Below, one piece after another: positions 23,901-35,597 of a stretch of 64,000 nt of DNA; position 1 is the stretch's first letter, and every line of letters starts with the position of its first letter. The notes beneath the pieces were generated by a model that was given only the letters and a program-made list of their open reading frames with translations, was not told the origin of the DNA and ran no database searches. This DNA is from Antedon mediterranea (taxonomy: Eukaryota > Animalia > Echinodermata), in assembly GCF_964355755.1 (NCBI RefSeq), contig NC_092679.1:17033432-17097431 (forward strand). The letters run 5' to 3'. A program made the translations under genes and the position numbers.

Positions 23901-26180
23901 ATAGTCAGCTTGGAGAAAGGCTCACTGGTGGTATAATGTATCAAATTAGACATGAACTGAAAACACATCATTTCTTAAATACACTCGTTCTGCTATCATG
24001 AAACACAATGGAATTAATTTTGGACAAAGACAATTTCTTCTGTTACTCAATCAAAGATACTATCATTATAAATGCAGCAGTTTCTCGTACTGCAATGGTT
24101 TAAACTAAATGTCTCTTTTTTAAATCATGAATTTATACATCAAAAGAAGTTTTAAAAAAAGGATATGCCCCACCAAAACTGTTATAATCATAATTAAAAG
24201 CTTATTTCCTGTCGTTTTTCCTTTTTTTTTTAATTTGTCAAACTACTCTGAATTGGCACCCACCTTAATTTCAATAACTATAAATATATTGCCTTCTTTG
24301 ACCATTTCAAGGACCACTGTTACTGTACAATCACTAATTCCATTTTTGAAAACAAAACACCCTTATCTGATAATCAATAATGGATTTTAAAACTACAGTA
24401 GCCTCATAACACGTTAGTTAGTAGTATTTAACTAAATTTAGTAGTATGGTGCCCAAAGCCTTCCACTTAAATAGATAATAAGATATCAGTTTTCCTGCCA
24501 AAATTCACTTCGTCTTGATTCAGAGAATTTCAAGTAAAAACTTTAGGCGTGCATCAAGGCTCCAGGCATGCATGATTGATTGTAACGTTGAAACTACCAA
24601 CCTTCGCTACCTCCTACGCCCCTTAATAGTAGGTAAAATAGGTTGCCAAACGGGTCTAAAATTCTTAATTTTATTCCTATTACAATAATCCAATAATACG
24701 AAATATGGTCATGAAAATGTTAATTGGTACATGTACACTAGTGTATAAACATAGAATCGGAAATCTACTAAATGAAGAAAACAAGTTAAAAGACAAGTCT
24801 ATGCAAGTCTATTTGATTAACCAAGAGATAACTGTAAAGTTCATTATTGAAATACACAATAAACACTTTTGTTCTGAATAACCTCAAAGTTTGATCAGGC
24901 CTATCCGTTGGTACAGTAGGTATGGAATTACACAAATAATCTTTGGATTGCAACATGGAATATACACTATCTATAATGCTAATGAATTGGTCGCGTAATT
25001 TTACGTACTGTATCTCATCCGAAACCGCTGAATGATACATGCTCACATTTGGCACACTAATGGGCAGCACACAATAAGCAAAACACTTTCCAGAATTTTA
25101 AGGATAAACACAAAAAAAAAGGCAAAAAATAACAGGAAGGAATACTTTGTTATATGGGCGTAAATAGTTCCAAATTTTATGGACAATTTTTTTTTTTTTT
25201 AATAATTTGTCAGATTAAAATTTATCCACGAAGAGTGTGCTTTTAGTACACTTATTCATCCCATGCGAATTAGTATATAAACCACATATTAAGGCAGAAA
25301 AAGTTGTTGCTGCTAGTTCCATTAAATAATATAAGTTTGGGGGGAAGCATGGGTACACGCACAACATTTTTAAGAGGGGAATGTCACCCGTTTGTTACCG
25401 TATGTCAACGCTTCCATATTCTAGTTTCTAAAGAATTGCTAGAAAAAAAACAGATTGCCGAATAAAATTAAGACCTACAAAATATGGCACTTCACCAGGG
25501 GTGTTTCGATCAAAATACTAAGTTGTAATTCTCCTTAACAGAGAGTAAAGGTCTATGTCGGTTTATCTAGGTAAGCTTGGCACTCAGTTAGTCGTGCAGC
25601 TCTGTAATTGGATTGCATACCTTGTTTTTTAGTGTGTTGGTGTACGGGTTACTGTGTCGTTAATAATATGTAATGTATTTGAGATGATGCAACATGAAAA
25701 AAGAAAAATATTTTTCTGTATTAATATATAATATGTAAATACCAAAATATTCAGGAAACTGATTAATAATATAATTATGTGATATGATGCAGTGAAATAA
25801 TTAGTTGCAGCACGGCGGAGTTAGTAAAGCTATGCATGTTGTAAGGATTTAATAAAATAATCATCTTTTTTTAATTGAATGCTAATATAATAGGCCTAAT
25901 TAATAATAGTAATGCCTATCATTCTAGTCAATCTAGGCCAGACAGGGCCTAGGCACATTACTATAATATTTACCATACATATTACGAAAATATTGAAGGT
26001 GTTTAATTCAAAATCCGGGTTCAATATTTTATTAGTAAAATACTGATGATTATTTGCTAGTACAGACAGAGCTGAGTACAGTATTGGACTTTTGCCAAAT
26101 CTTACCTTCACATTTAAGACAAATGGCTGTATTTCATTGAGAGATTGAGCACGAAGTCTCTGTGTAATAAATTTCAACAT
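5949..26180 (-). CDS. FAM53: FAM53-family protein, ~256 aa; exons 26180-26106, 22631-22577, 20173-19728, 18619-18557, 6080-5949
   Basis: All five exons have GT-AG borders and compatible phases (771 nt). N-terminus MLKFITQRLRAQSLNEI resembles FAM53A/C MxxLITExLQxQSLDEL; SPRKRYR...RPSLDFEKMQQ resembles the FAM53 basic NLS plus RPSLDFxKM motif. Last exon joined across a 12.5-kb intron is the least certain. Confidence 0.75.
6286..6539. mobile_element. Palindromic PIF/Harbinger-like MITE, left end eroded
   Basis: AAAATCGCTACACG at 6286 pairs with CGTGTAGCGATTTT near 6508; central hairpin AATCGGCAAAGTT...AACTTTGCCGATT; right end ATGGAAACCAGGCT|TTA typical of Tourist-like TIR plus TWA. Confidence 0.65.
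6546..6599 (-). mobile_element. Terminal fragment of a Helentron-associated (HINE/DINE-like) element
   Basis: (GACC)n-like microsatellite followed by stem-loop AGTCGTG-TTTG-GACGCGACT and AAAAA, the usual end structure of such elements. Confidence 0.35.
7610..8093. repeat. ~30-bp minisatellite (CTGTATGGTAAATGGTCCCTATATACTGTA), left part
   Basis: Tandem units; array resumes at 13785 beyond the TIR element. Confidence 0.92.
8902..9072 (+). mobile_element. 5'-truncated Deu/Nin-domain SINE with (TTCAA)n tail and 9-bp TSD
   Basis: Near identical to 3' half of 39756-40061; TSD AATAGAATA at 8893-8901 and 9073-9081. Confidence 0.85.
9095..11090. repeat. Composite satellite of 21-bp (TGTGCTATCCATTTGAAAGAA) and ~65-bp (TGTGCTACCCGATAATCCGTATAGAATAATGTACAGTACTATATCCATTTGATTGTGCTACCTAA) subunits
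   Basis: Direct inspection; continues in the duplicated copy 11811-12810. Confidence 0.92.
10084..13539. repeat. Tandem direct duplication of ~1.73 kb (10084-11810 and 11811-13539)
   Basis: Identical ORF pairs 11217/12946 and 11567/13296 offset by 1729; only a handful of differences seen. Confidence 0.93.
13880..14002 (+). mobile_element. Short retroposon 3'-end fragment with hairpin and (GAAAT)n tail
   Basis: GGGTCAACC...GGTTGACCC stem, AATAAA, then AATGAAATGAAATGAAAT; interrupts the minisatellite. Confidence 0.45.
14230..14374. mobile_element. 145-bp MITE with TAGGTATCCCAATG / CATTGAGATACCTA termini
   Basis: 14-bp inverted ends with one mismatch; flanks GTGA / ATGA suggest an imperfect 4-bp TSD; interrupts the minisatellite. 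Confidence 0.6.
15160..15610 (-). mobile_element. 3' end of an L2/Crack-type LINE
   Basis: Minus strand encodes NLPPEISSSSSSKIFSFKLKEYLISNYN* (typical LINE ORF2 end), then AT-rich 3'UTR, AATAAA and (TTGA)n tail; it interrupts one copy of a local ~230-bp repeat (15000-15160 versus 15705-15870). Confidence 0.7.
18760..18984 (+). mobile_element. tRNA-derived SINE family B with L2-like tail and 9-bp TSD
   Basis: Box A TGGCGCAGTG, box B GGTTCGAATC, tail GCGCTATAAGAATGAAC(TAT)n; TATTAAGAG on both sides; second copy at 48194-48340. Confidence 0.8.
19009..19103. mobile_element. Remnant of a Tc1/mariner (pogo-like) MITE; related pieces at ~47440-47570 and ~60643-60720
   Basis: Shared GGACAC/GTGTCC and ATGAAACGAAC/GTTTGTTTCAT motifs and ACTG|TA or TA|CAGT ends. 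Confidence 0.4.
20985..21110 (+). mobile_element. Internal fragment of the Deu/Nin-domain SINE
   Basis: TAAGGACTATAAACCATAGGTCCAGTGTACAC...CTTTCGAGACGAGTAGGGGGTTACC matches 39756-40061. Confidence 0.8.
22990..23790. repeat. Degenerate tandem repeats (AACAGTGGAATATAATGACC core) with a ~160-bp local duplication
   Basis: Direct inspection. Confidence 0.7.
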
Positions 26181-26560
26181 TTCAGTGAATGTTGAAGGTT
26201 AAACCACTGAAATTGTCTTTGTTTTTGTGAAAATAATTGGCCAGTTCTTGGAGTTGGATTTGGCCTTTCTGTATCTCTCCTCTCCCCTTGTTCACTTGTA
26301 CCATCGTCGTCGACAGAAAAAAACTCACAAACAAAACCTTCACTGTCATGAACTACACCGCCTAAAACAAACGGGTCACGACATCTGTAAAGTCTAAAAT
26401 ACTTATTGAACAAGTCATACAGCCATTAGGCTTACAAACAACAGATTTCTAGACAATTTTGCCAACAAAAGACATTCTACAACAATAGTATTTTGTCACT
26501 AACGTACGCCTTCTCTTGGAGTAGGTTGACACTACGTGCGATTCCGTGTAAAGCGTACAG

Positions 26561-26602
26561 TTTTATAGGGGGTCAGTCATGATATACGCTTCCTGATTGG
26601 AC
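26561..26602 (-). promoter_or_regulatory. Candidate FAM53 core promoter: TATAAAA (26567-26561) and CCAAT box GTCCAATCAG (26602-26593)
   Basis: Both motifs on the minus strand, in the right order and ~30 bp apart, ~380 bp upstream of the ATG; E-box CACGTG at 26749-26754. Confidence 0.55.
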
Positions 26603-27585
26603 AATTTTTGACCTCTTTAAAGGATCTAATAAAAAAATATTTTGCTTTGTGCTGAACATAGACTTTCTGCATTGCAATGACATCTACTAGAGTGATTGTC
26701 TACCACAGCAGGATTTGCGAGATAGTTACTACAAGAAAGAGAAGTAATCACGTGGGTACTCGTAAGACTTTACAATGTTAAAAAATGTCACATTTTAAAA
26801 TACTGTAATCATGGAGGTATAATTTAAATAAAAGTGTAATACTAATTTTGAGGAATGCGGGGAGAAGGGAAAATGTTTCTTAATATTCATTATTAATATA
26901 TAATATCTTTATATATCATCAACATAATCATATGTTTTCATCTAGTCAATTTGTATTATAAAATAAAACTTGACTTCCAATAGCAATACAATATTGTTGT
27001 ATACATTTATCTTCTAAAACGTCCTTTTAAAATTGTATTTATGCAACCCATCTGAGTAATATCATTATTATATGTCATATTATACAAAAATGCCTACTCA
27101 ATTAATTGAATCAAGATAATGAAATGAAGCGAAAATTTTAATTAATATTTAAATATTAATTTATAATAATAAATATTATAATTGCAGTAGGTTCGCGTAT
27201 ATATAAATATCGTTGCATATTTATTTTTACACTGTATTTTATCTTTTTAATAATTTTTTTTCTTTTGTATTTTAAATGCAGCCACGTGAAATTTTATTAA
27301 GAGTTCTTACAAATTTTTTTTGGGCATCGAACTATTTATACAGTAATGAAATATCATCATTATTTTTGGAATTATTATACAACTAGTAGTATATATTCAG
27401 AAGTAGCAAAATAAATGCTGAGTATATTGTCCCGCGATATGCAGGCAGTCAAGAAACTTTTGTTTTGATCGTTACGCATGGGTGCTTCAAAAACATGACA
27501 CACTTGACCTTGTTTTGATGATGGTTTCGCTTCAATGATTTCACGATAGTTTGATGGCCGATCAGAGCGAGCAGCACGACGCATC

Positions 27586-30500
27586 ATGATAAAGATGTCG
27601 TGGTATTTTTTACTTCATTTTACGGCGATTATTTTATCTTTCTTGACAAAACTCAATGCTGCAGAAAATTCTGCTGGTATTCAAGATGTTAATGGTGCTC
27701 TAACACGGCTTTTATACTTCCTTGACGATCAGCATCGGATGATAAACGTAGACTGTATTTTTAGCCTCAGGATGGTTGAAGGTAGAGCGCCTCGCTGCAG
27801 CTTGGCTGCCTGCCAGGGCAACCTCAATTACGCCTTGTCTGGGCCTAGCTAACATGTTAACATGCGCATGAACAATGATATTCTTTTAACAGTTCTACTA
27901 ATAGACCGCTTGTGTCAAATAAATAACTGAAAAAAGTGATAGGCACTAACAGCAAAATTACTAACTAAAAAAGACAAGAGTTTTGGACAAATTTAATTAA
28001 TCCCAGCAGAAAGAGAGGAGTACATACAGTTTGCCTAGATTTTATAAACATACATTTTTTTTTTACTATTAAAGGTCAGCTTGCATCGGTACAAGATTCA
28101 TACGCAGAAGGAAATCTACCACACGTACATAATACAATTATAAACTCCCTCAACAATTTACGAAAGAAGACTGGCCTCATCAACAGAAAGGCTCTGGGAT
28201 ACACGTTGGGCCGAGATCCAGCTTATACAAAATCGTTTCTACGTGTGATCGATACACCATTTCAAATCAAGTATATGTTTAGAGAAATTCAGCCTGGTTT
28301 TTCACCAAAAAAGGAAAGAGGCATTGATGGTAGGTATCATACAGTAACATCATTGCAGCACTTATATTGGATATGAAGGATCATTTTAAACCCTATGTTG
28401 TCCCCCTTAGAAAATATTTTTTTCAAACTTTTTTGTTGAATACTGTATGCCATCGCCGTTCCATAATAGTTAATTAATTTGACCAAAAATTGGATTTAAA
28501 AAATATATATATTTACCTGAAAAAAACAAAAACTAGTCAAATTGGAATCGGTTTTTGGTTTTATTTAACTGGTTGTTTTGTCTTTTTATAAATAAAAACA
28601 TATTTTTTGTGCAGAAGTGATTAACTTTATTAAAATTACAAAAGGCTTATTTAAAATTACTTTTTCTCATGTTTTTGGAGACAATACATCTTTAAATTTA
28701 AAAGAACATGAATTTTATTACAATTTTTGTCTTATATTTTATATAAAAAATTCTTCATAATTTAACTCAGAACAATCTTACATTTTGAAACACAAAACTC
28801 TAGGCTTAGCCATTCAGAAATTGATCTGCACACCTGTGAATTAATTTGTTAACTAATAATGGGTAATCATTTTCAAGTATTAAATAATTTGAATTGCCAG
28901 CAGATTTTACAGAAGATCTAAGTGATAAATGTGTATCAAATCTCCTTGGATCAGAAATGTTTGAACCTTGTACTTTCACTAATGAGTGTTGGCACTTCCT
29001 AACAATGCCAGATACGTCAGGCTACACTACTACTCACCAAGCCCTGTTTTTACTGATTGCGGAAAAGGTAATTTCTGTTCAGTTCTCATTATATGATGAC
29101 TATAAAATGTAAAGAATTTAATAAACATATAAATATCAAATAGAAAGCCACTCTGTAAAATTCTTCTATATAAGATTTCTCCGGGAAAAATATATAAATC
29201 CAAAGGCAAATGACTGAGGGTATCAGTGGCTGGATCTCAATGGAGATACAAACAAATAAGCAAAAAGGTAATATGCATAGTGCATTTTGCAGTGTTATTT
29301 CAATCCATACATAATATTAAAGCTTTTGGGTGCATAGCTGTTGAGAACATGTACTACAAATGAAGATAGGCATTATATACCAATAGATAAAAGTTTTGGT
29401 CCTCTCTCCTTCATCTTTTTTGTTTTCTTTGTAATGTATTATACCATATGGACAATTGTGTGAAATAAAAGTTGAATTGAAATTAGAGTGTGATTACATT
29501 TGTTTACAGGCCAACTGTATGTATAAAATAGCAGATAAAGCAGCAGAAGTTGGGTTATATAGTATTGATAGGCTTTATGAAAGAATATGTACATTAATAT
29601 ACCACGAAGCTAAGCAACTAGCAGAAATGGATACATTTCCGGACGATGACAAAGATTTATTCATGGAACAAAGTAAGATATTCGCATAGTTTGACACAAG
29701 GGTTTTTGGGAGTGTTTGTAGGAAAGAGTTATTACATAAAACACAGGAGTAAAATAAATAAAAAGGTGTTTAGCTGTGCCTTGGGTTGTGTGGCTGCAGC
29801 TTGGGTGGGTGGCTGTGCCTTGGGTTGTGTGGCTGCAGCTTATGTGGTTGGCTTGGGTGGGTGAGTGGTGGATGTCTGCAATGGTGTGTGGCTGCAGCTT
29901 GTGTGGTTGGTTGGTGGTTGCACCTTTGGTTGTTAGGCTGCAGCTTATGTGGTTGGCTTGGGTGGTTGCACCTTCAATTGTTTGGCTGCAGCTTATGTTG
30001 TTGGCTTGGGCTTGGGTGGCTACAGATTATACTGTTGACTGGAGCTTGTGTGGGTGTCGTTGGCTTTAATGGATAGATGGTACGATTGTGATTAGCCACT
30101 TAATAGTGCTACCTTCTGTTTCCTTTTCATATTACCATTATGTATGTATATTTCAGTTGCCATATGTGGCCATGCAGGATTTTATCAGTTTCTGAACCCA
30201 AAATGGCTACAGCTAGTTTTATCATGGCAATCTGAAAGCGGTTGCTATAAGATAAATGATGAAAGTGAAGAAGATGAAGAAGACAGTGATAAGGATGAGC
30301 ATGTGCAACGCGAGATGTTTGGAGGTGACAATAAAGAACAGAGCATTCAAAATGAACATCAGGATATTATTGTACAAGAATTTGACAATGGAGATATTAG
30401 GTAAGTGTACAGAGTTCACAAATACTACAGAACAGGTCAGACTTTCATGAAGCACCAAGTGAAAACACAACTGCTCAAAAACAGAATGGCTGTGATACGT

Positions 30501-31396
30501 AACAAACTTCTTCAATTTTTATTAGGACTACTGATGTTAATTATATCAAGTTGAGAACTCTGCTAGTAATTTCTAGCGATGCTTATTCAGATTGATAGTC
30601 TTAATAAGAATGCATATCCTAGGTTTCTAAATATAAACGAACAACCTTCATTTTAGAATAAGATGGACACCCTAAGTTTCTAGTTTTAAAGTAGAAAAAT
30701 ATAGTAGCTACTCCATGATTATGATTTTTTTTACAGAAGAGGGGTTAAACCAGCTGAAATTACTTCAAAATTCACAGGAAGAAAATTATTGAAAGAAATA
30801 GTTCTACCAAATACAGGTAAATTTCTAAAATTAGGCCTACTGATATGCATTCAAGAAAAATATTATTTGCCCATCCTATACTAGATGTTACCTAATAATG
30901 AATTTGCTTTTACCTTTTACATTGATAGAGATGGCCTGAAAATGGGCAAGAATTACAGAACGTCATATTGGCTATTGCATATTCAACATATACATAAGTT
31001 TACATTTAAAATATTCATAACTCATAAATATTTAAATTTACAGGTGGTTGTTTATCTCACATGTCGGGAATAGCAGCCGCTTGCCTTACCATGTTTTTCC
31101 GTTACTTCTTGTCGGTGGATAAATACATGGAATTTTTGTCAAGGGATGGAAATATCGGAGTAGATCTAGAAGGAAGAGTTATTCGCGTGCACGCAAATAA
31201 TCTAGAAAACATTGATCACTTTAAAGACATTACGTTAGATCAAGTTTCCCATGACAAAGATCGATCTGTATCCATAATTGACAAAGTATCCGTGCAGGGT
31301 ATGATCATGATTTTCATCTGCGTCTGTTTGATGATATGCTTTGTGAAAAATATGAGAAGGGGGAATATTAGAACTTGGATAAAGAGGCGTTTCTGA
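27586..31396 (+). CDS. C16orf89: UPF0764 protein C16orf89 homolog; exons 27586-27781, 28075-28329, 28901(or 28904)-29067, 29510-29672, 30157-30400, 30737-30816, 31044-31396
   Basis: Signal-peptide-like N-terminus; motifs NVDCIFSLRMVEGQL, FTEDLSDKCVSNLLG, GYTTTHQALF, DLFMEQIAICGHAGF...WLQLVLSWQ..SGCY, GCLSHMSGIA match the family as recalled; all introns GT-AG and in phase. Confidence 0.88.
28386..28695. mobile_element. Degenerate Kolobok-like non-autonomous element (TTAA flanks); related end at ~58359-58379
   Basis: Left TGTTGTCCCC versus right GGAGACAATACATCT|TTAA; similar GGGGACAATATATCT|TTAA at 58.37 kb. Confidence 0.4.
29775..30062. repeat. GT-rich minisatellite (TTGGGTTGTGTGGCTGCAGCT core) in C16orf89 intron 4
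   Basis: Direct inspection; explains ORFs 29776 and 29786. Confidence 0.85.
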
Positions 31397-32424
31397 AGAG
31401 AGACGATAGTATACAAATAACGATTGTTTAAGAGTTGAATGGTGCGAATATTGCATGACTTGAAAGATTGAATGCAGAATAGTAAACTTTTCAACTCATG
31501 AAATATTCTCACTATTCAGCAAATACTAAACATGTGCTGCTGTTCTACAGTAAAGTCAACTTTTATTAATTTAAGTGCAGTGCTCAGATTTTGGCCGCTT
31601 AGTAAAACAGTTGGCGCACATTTTAATACCGGTTGGTATTTTAAAGCAAATCAGTCACAGCCTTGTGTTGTGCACAAAGTTTACAAAAAGCTAAATGTGC
31701 AATAGTACCATTACATATCGCAAATATTGAACAGCATGTGTAACAGTAATTAACCAATCAAATGGCAAGGATAAACTAGGATCATACTAACTAATAATAC
31801 TACTTGGGCTATTTGGCAAATTTTTGATAAATAAATAAATACTTAATAATACTACTTACTGTTTCTAAACAATTCAACACTATTGGTCCAAATAGTTTGT
31901 TAAAACTGATTTTCAAGTTTAATTTAGAATTAGAACAGCCATAACATGCCAGTTCTTTCATTTATAAATACCATTTCTTGATCAAGGTATATTGTATAAT
32001 TTGATTGGTTGAGAGAAAACAATAACCTGACAGTGTGTGAATCCAAAACCTATTGTCTTTCAACTCATTAAGTGGACCATGTTGTAAACTGTATGTATTT
32101 AATACAGTTGTAATTGACAATCAGTTGAAATAAAGACACCAAAACCCAAAAACTCAGAAAGGACAGATTCTACAAAACTCTGTACAATACCACTGTAGTT
32201 ATTTTACAGTATCCATTGACATAGAAATGTCCACAATGGTTACTGCCTAGACTTGCCCCAAGTCATTGTCTTTTTTTTAAATTTATTTGTTTTTATTTAT
32301 CCAAAATCAACTAGTATACGTATGAAACGCCATATGTGCCAAAATATTTATCTTTTTACTAATATTAAGACAAACCTCCATCTGGAACCCAGACTAGTTA
32401 CTGCTAAGAAATAAATATATATAG

Positions 32425-32990
32425 AAAGTGTGTGCTGTAGCTGTGCCATTATAGATAAATGCCAAACTATCTGCTGCTTGCTTATCATGTCCGCCCAAAA
32501 CGTTACTATATATAGTAACTTTTTAACCTAGTTAACCTATAGTTGACTAGGTTAACAGAGGCCTTTTATTCTGTATTCTAAACCTAGTCAACCTATAGTT
32601 GACTAGTTTAACAAAGAGGTCTTTTATTCTGCATTCTTAGTAAATGCAGACGTATACAGTACATACATAAGTGTGTGCTGTAGCTGTGTCATTATAGATA
32701 AATGCCAAAATATCTGCTACTTGCTTATAATGTCCGCCCAAAACGTTACTATATAGTAACTTTTTAACCTAGTCAACCTTGACTAGATTAACAAAGAGGC
32801 CTTTTATTCTGCATTCGAAGTATGTTAATGTCATTTACGTATAGGACTATCACGACAGTTATGCTCAGAAAGAATGGGGCCCCAGACATTTCATGTTATG
32901 GTGACTCTGTTGCTTTTGGGGTCCCAGGACATGATGTCATGTTATGGTGACTCTGTTGCTTTTGGGGTCCCAGGACATGATGTCACATAA
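32425..32990. repeat. Local direct duplications (32425-32640 vs 32668-32817; 45-bp tandem at 32877-32987)
   Basis: Direct inspection. Confidence 0.8.
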
Positions 32991-34151
32991 ATGAAATGAG
33001 ATAATTTTTTTAAACAAATTGAGTATGTACATATTGATTTGATCACCGATTATTATATTTGGATGTTTATAATAAATTGTTATTTTAATTGTTTTACGTA
33101 GAAAGGCAATAAAAATGTTTTATGTTATTACAAGTTGTCAATGGGTGTCTCTGTAAAATCGTAGAAACGCACATTTCACAACAAACGAGAGCAAAATCCA
33201 TCCCGGAATCCATCACTTGATGATCGCCGGCGACGGGTTATGATTCTGCTTGAATAATAGACCATCGCAGCCGTGTAATAAATAATGTGTATAGGAAAAA
33301 GAACACAGTGAAGACCATCCTGGATATCGCGGCGGACAAAAAAATGGTCAGAATTTATGATCTAAAAACCATTGTCATATATTGCGTGTGTATATTAATG
33401 AGACAACTATTACAATATATTGTAATCTCAGTTTTATACAGTATTTCATATCTAACTGCACGCTTTCAAAGCTAAAAGGCCTAATAGCCAGCAACATCGT
33501 TTAGACGTTTTTTCATCCACATCTCAGAAATTATCTATATCGTCCAACTTCCTTCGTGTTGTAGGCCTACGTAACAACCTATCGATCTTTATCCGTTGCT
33601 TGGTTATAGGTGAAGCGACACATTAAATGCCCTTTCAAAGACACCTATTGTTTTTTTGTCTATCGATTTTCCACTGTATTAGTTGTACTTCTTATCGACC
33701 TGTGTCTTTAAACAACTAAATTTTACAATAACTTTAGTTTAAAATGAAGACGTACGTATACATACATTATACTCATTATGTGTAAAGAGAAAACAAGCAA
33801 TTACACTATACTTACAAGCAAAACAATAGCTTTAAATCAAGGTTGAAGTTTGTTGAATTATTTAGTATTTATTACCCCTTTGGAAATAGGGGCTGCAATG
33901 ATTAACCATTACTGAGGTGTTGCTTGTTGTAGGCCTACTTAGAAAATAAATATTCGTCCGAAAAACCGACATTAAGTCGCCGTCAAAGCAATAACATGGT
34001 TTAAATAACAGCATGGAAGTGGAGAAGAGACTATGGCTACACACATTTATAAATACAAGTGCATTGTCATTTTTTATAGCCACATTTTCGGCTCAAAAAA
34101 GAGCGGCTACACAGAGTTATTGTAGTCTGCGTTTCTTGTTACTTTATAAAA

Positions 34152-34763
34152 ATGGCAGACGATTCATGGATGTTACCGTATAGACAACAATTACGTCAAC
34201 GGAACAAGAAATCGTCGAAGGAGGCCGAAGTTCTTGTGAATTGCAACAAAGTGACGCAACAAACAGAGTTAAAACACAAAGTTTGCCAACTAAATCGTTC
34301 GTACACTAACTTGATGAGAAAACATAGATTGGATATCTTAGAATTACGTAGCTTTTTAGGAAATGTAACGGGAGCAAATGACAAAAACAAGAAGAATAAA
34401 AAACATCATAAACTTATGTTAGCTAACGGAGTTGCCATCACAAATTGTGAACCAGCTGATGCCGCCATAGATAAGGTAGCAGAAGAGAACAGAGTAATGG
34501 AAGCTACGGGCCTTGGAGTTATAAGAGAAAGAACATTACCAAATAAGCAAGCATTCGCTAGGCGTACAAATACCTCAGGAATGCCTTTATTGAGTTCTAA
34601 AAGAAATTCAACTACTCGTATGCCAGAGATGGTTCCAAACGGCAGTATACGGTTTCCAATGATTAGGAGTAAAACATCAAATAATTTAGGCCATAAGAAT
34701 AGGCCTAGTAAAAGTGTGTTTTCACAAAAGAACTTTTTACCAATTATAGCAAAAAGACCATGA
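34152..34763 (+). CDS. Uncharacterised basic 203-aa protein, apparently single coding exon
   Basis: Long ORF in AT-rich DNA, good start context AAAATGG, non-repetitive, helical N-half and disordered K/R/S-rich C-half; no family recognised. Confidence 0.65.
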   Translation: MADDSWMLPYRQQLRQRNKKSSKEAEVLVNCNKVTQQTELKHKVCQLNRSYTNLMRKHRLDILELRSFLGNVTGANDKNKKNKKHHKLMLANGVAITNCEPADAAIDKVAEENRVMEATGLGVIRERTLPNKQAFARRTNTSGMPLLSSKRNSTTRMPEMVPNGSIRFPMIRSKTSNNLGHKNRPSKSVFSQKNFLPIIAKRP

Positions 34764-35597
34764 CGATTACGAGATTTATTAACTTGGCAAAAGATCATGT
34801 TTTGTATTAATACAAATAATATTTATATGATTCTAGTTATAGAAATAAGTTCCAACACAAATTTATGCTGTAGAATTGCATTTAGGCCTATAGTTGCTTG
34901 GCCAACAAAATTAATCGGATAAAGGGATATTTTTCGGGACAACTTTGAAAGGTAGTCCATTTCCATCCATTTTCTTGTGGTTGATGAAAGGAGGAAAATA
35001 CACTTTTTGCCAATCATTTTATCCGCAATTAAATACGAAGAAGATAGTTCTAACCCCAGTCAGACGATACCGTACAATGTTAAATATATGATTGTGCAAT
35101 ACTGTAAATTGTATAGTATAGGTTATGCTATATGTTATACTGATGAATACACCACCGAAAACATTTTAAATAAATATAATTATTAAAAGTCTATTGTAAT
35201 TATGTATGAGAAAATGTAGTCTATTTTATAACAATTTCCATAATACCATAATTTTTCGTATGATATAATATAGTCCAATATTTCGATAATATTAAACGGC
35301 TACTTTAAAAATCAATACGTTTTTCTTCTTTGTAATCATGTAAAGGTTTTATAAAAAGAAATTAAGAGGCCAGCGGTTTAATATCATTATTGTAGAAATT
35401 TCACATGACATTTCATTATACTGTATATCAAGAAATTGTGCATGTAATCGCACGCGCTTTAATAAAACGCGTTCTAAATGTACGCGCTAAATTCAAATGA
35501 AGTAGCACACACGATGCTCGATAATCATAGGCCTAGGCGCGGCTAGGCCAAAATAATTTCATTTATTTTTATGAAACATTAATAAATACTTGTTAAA

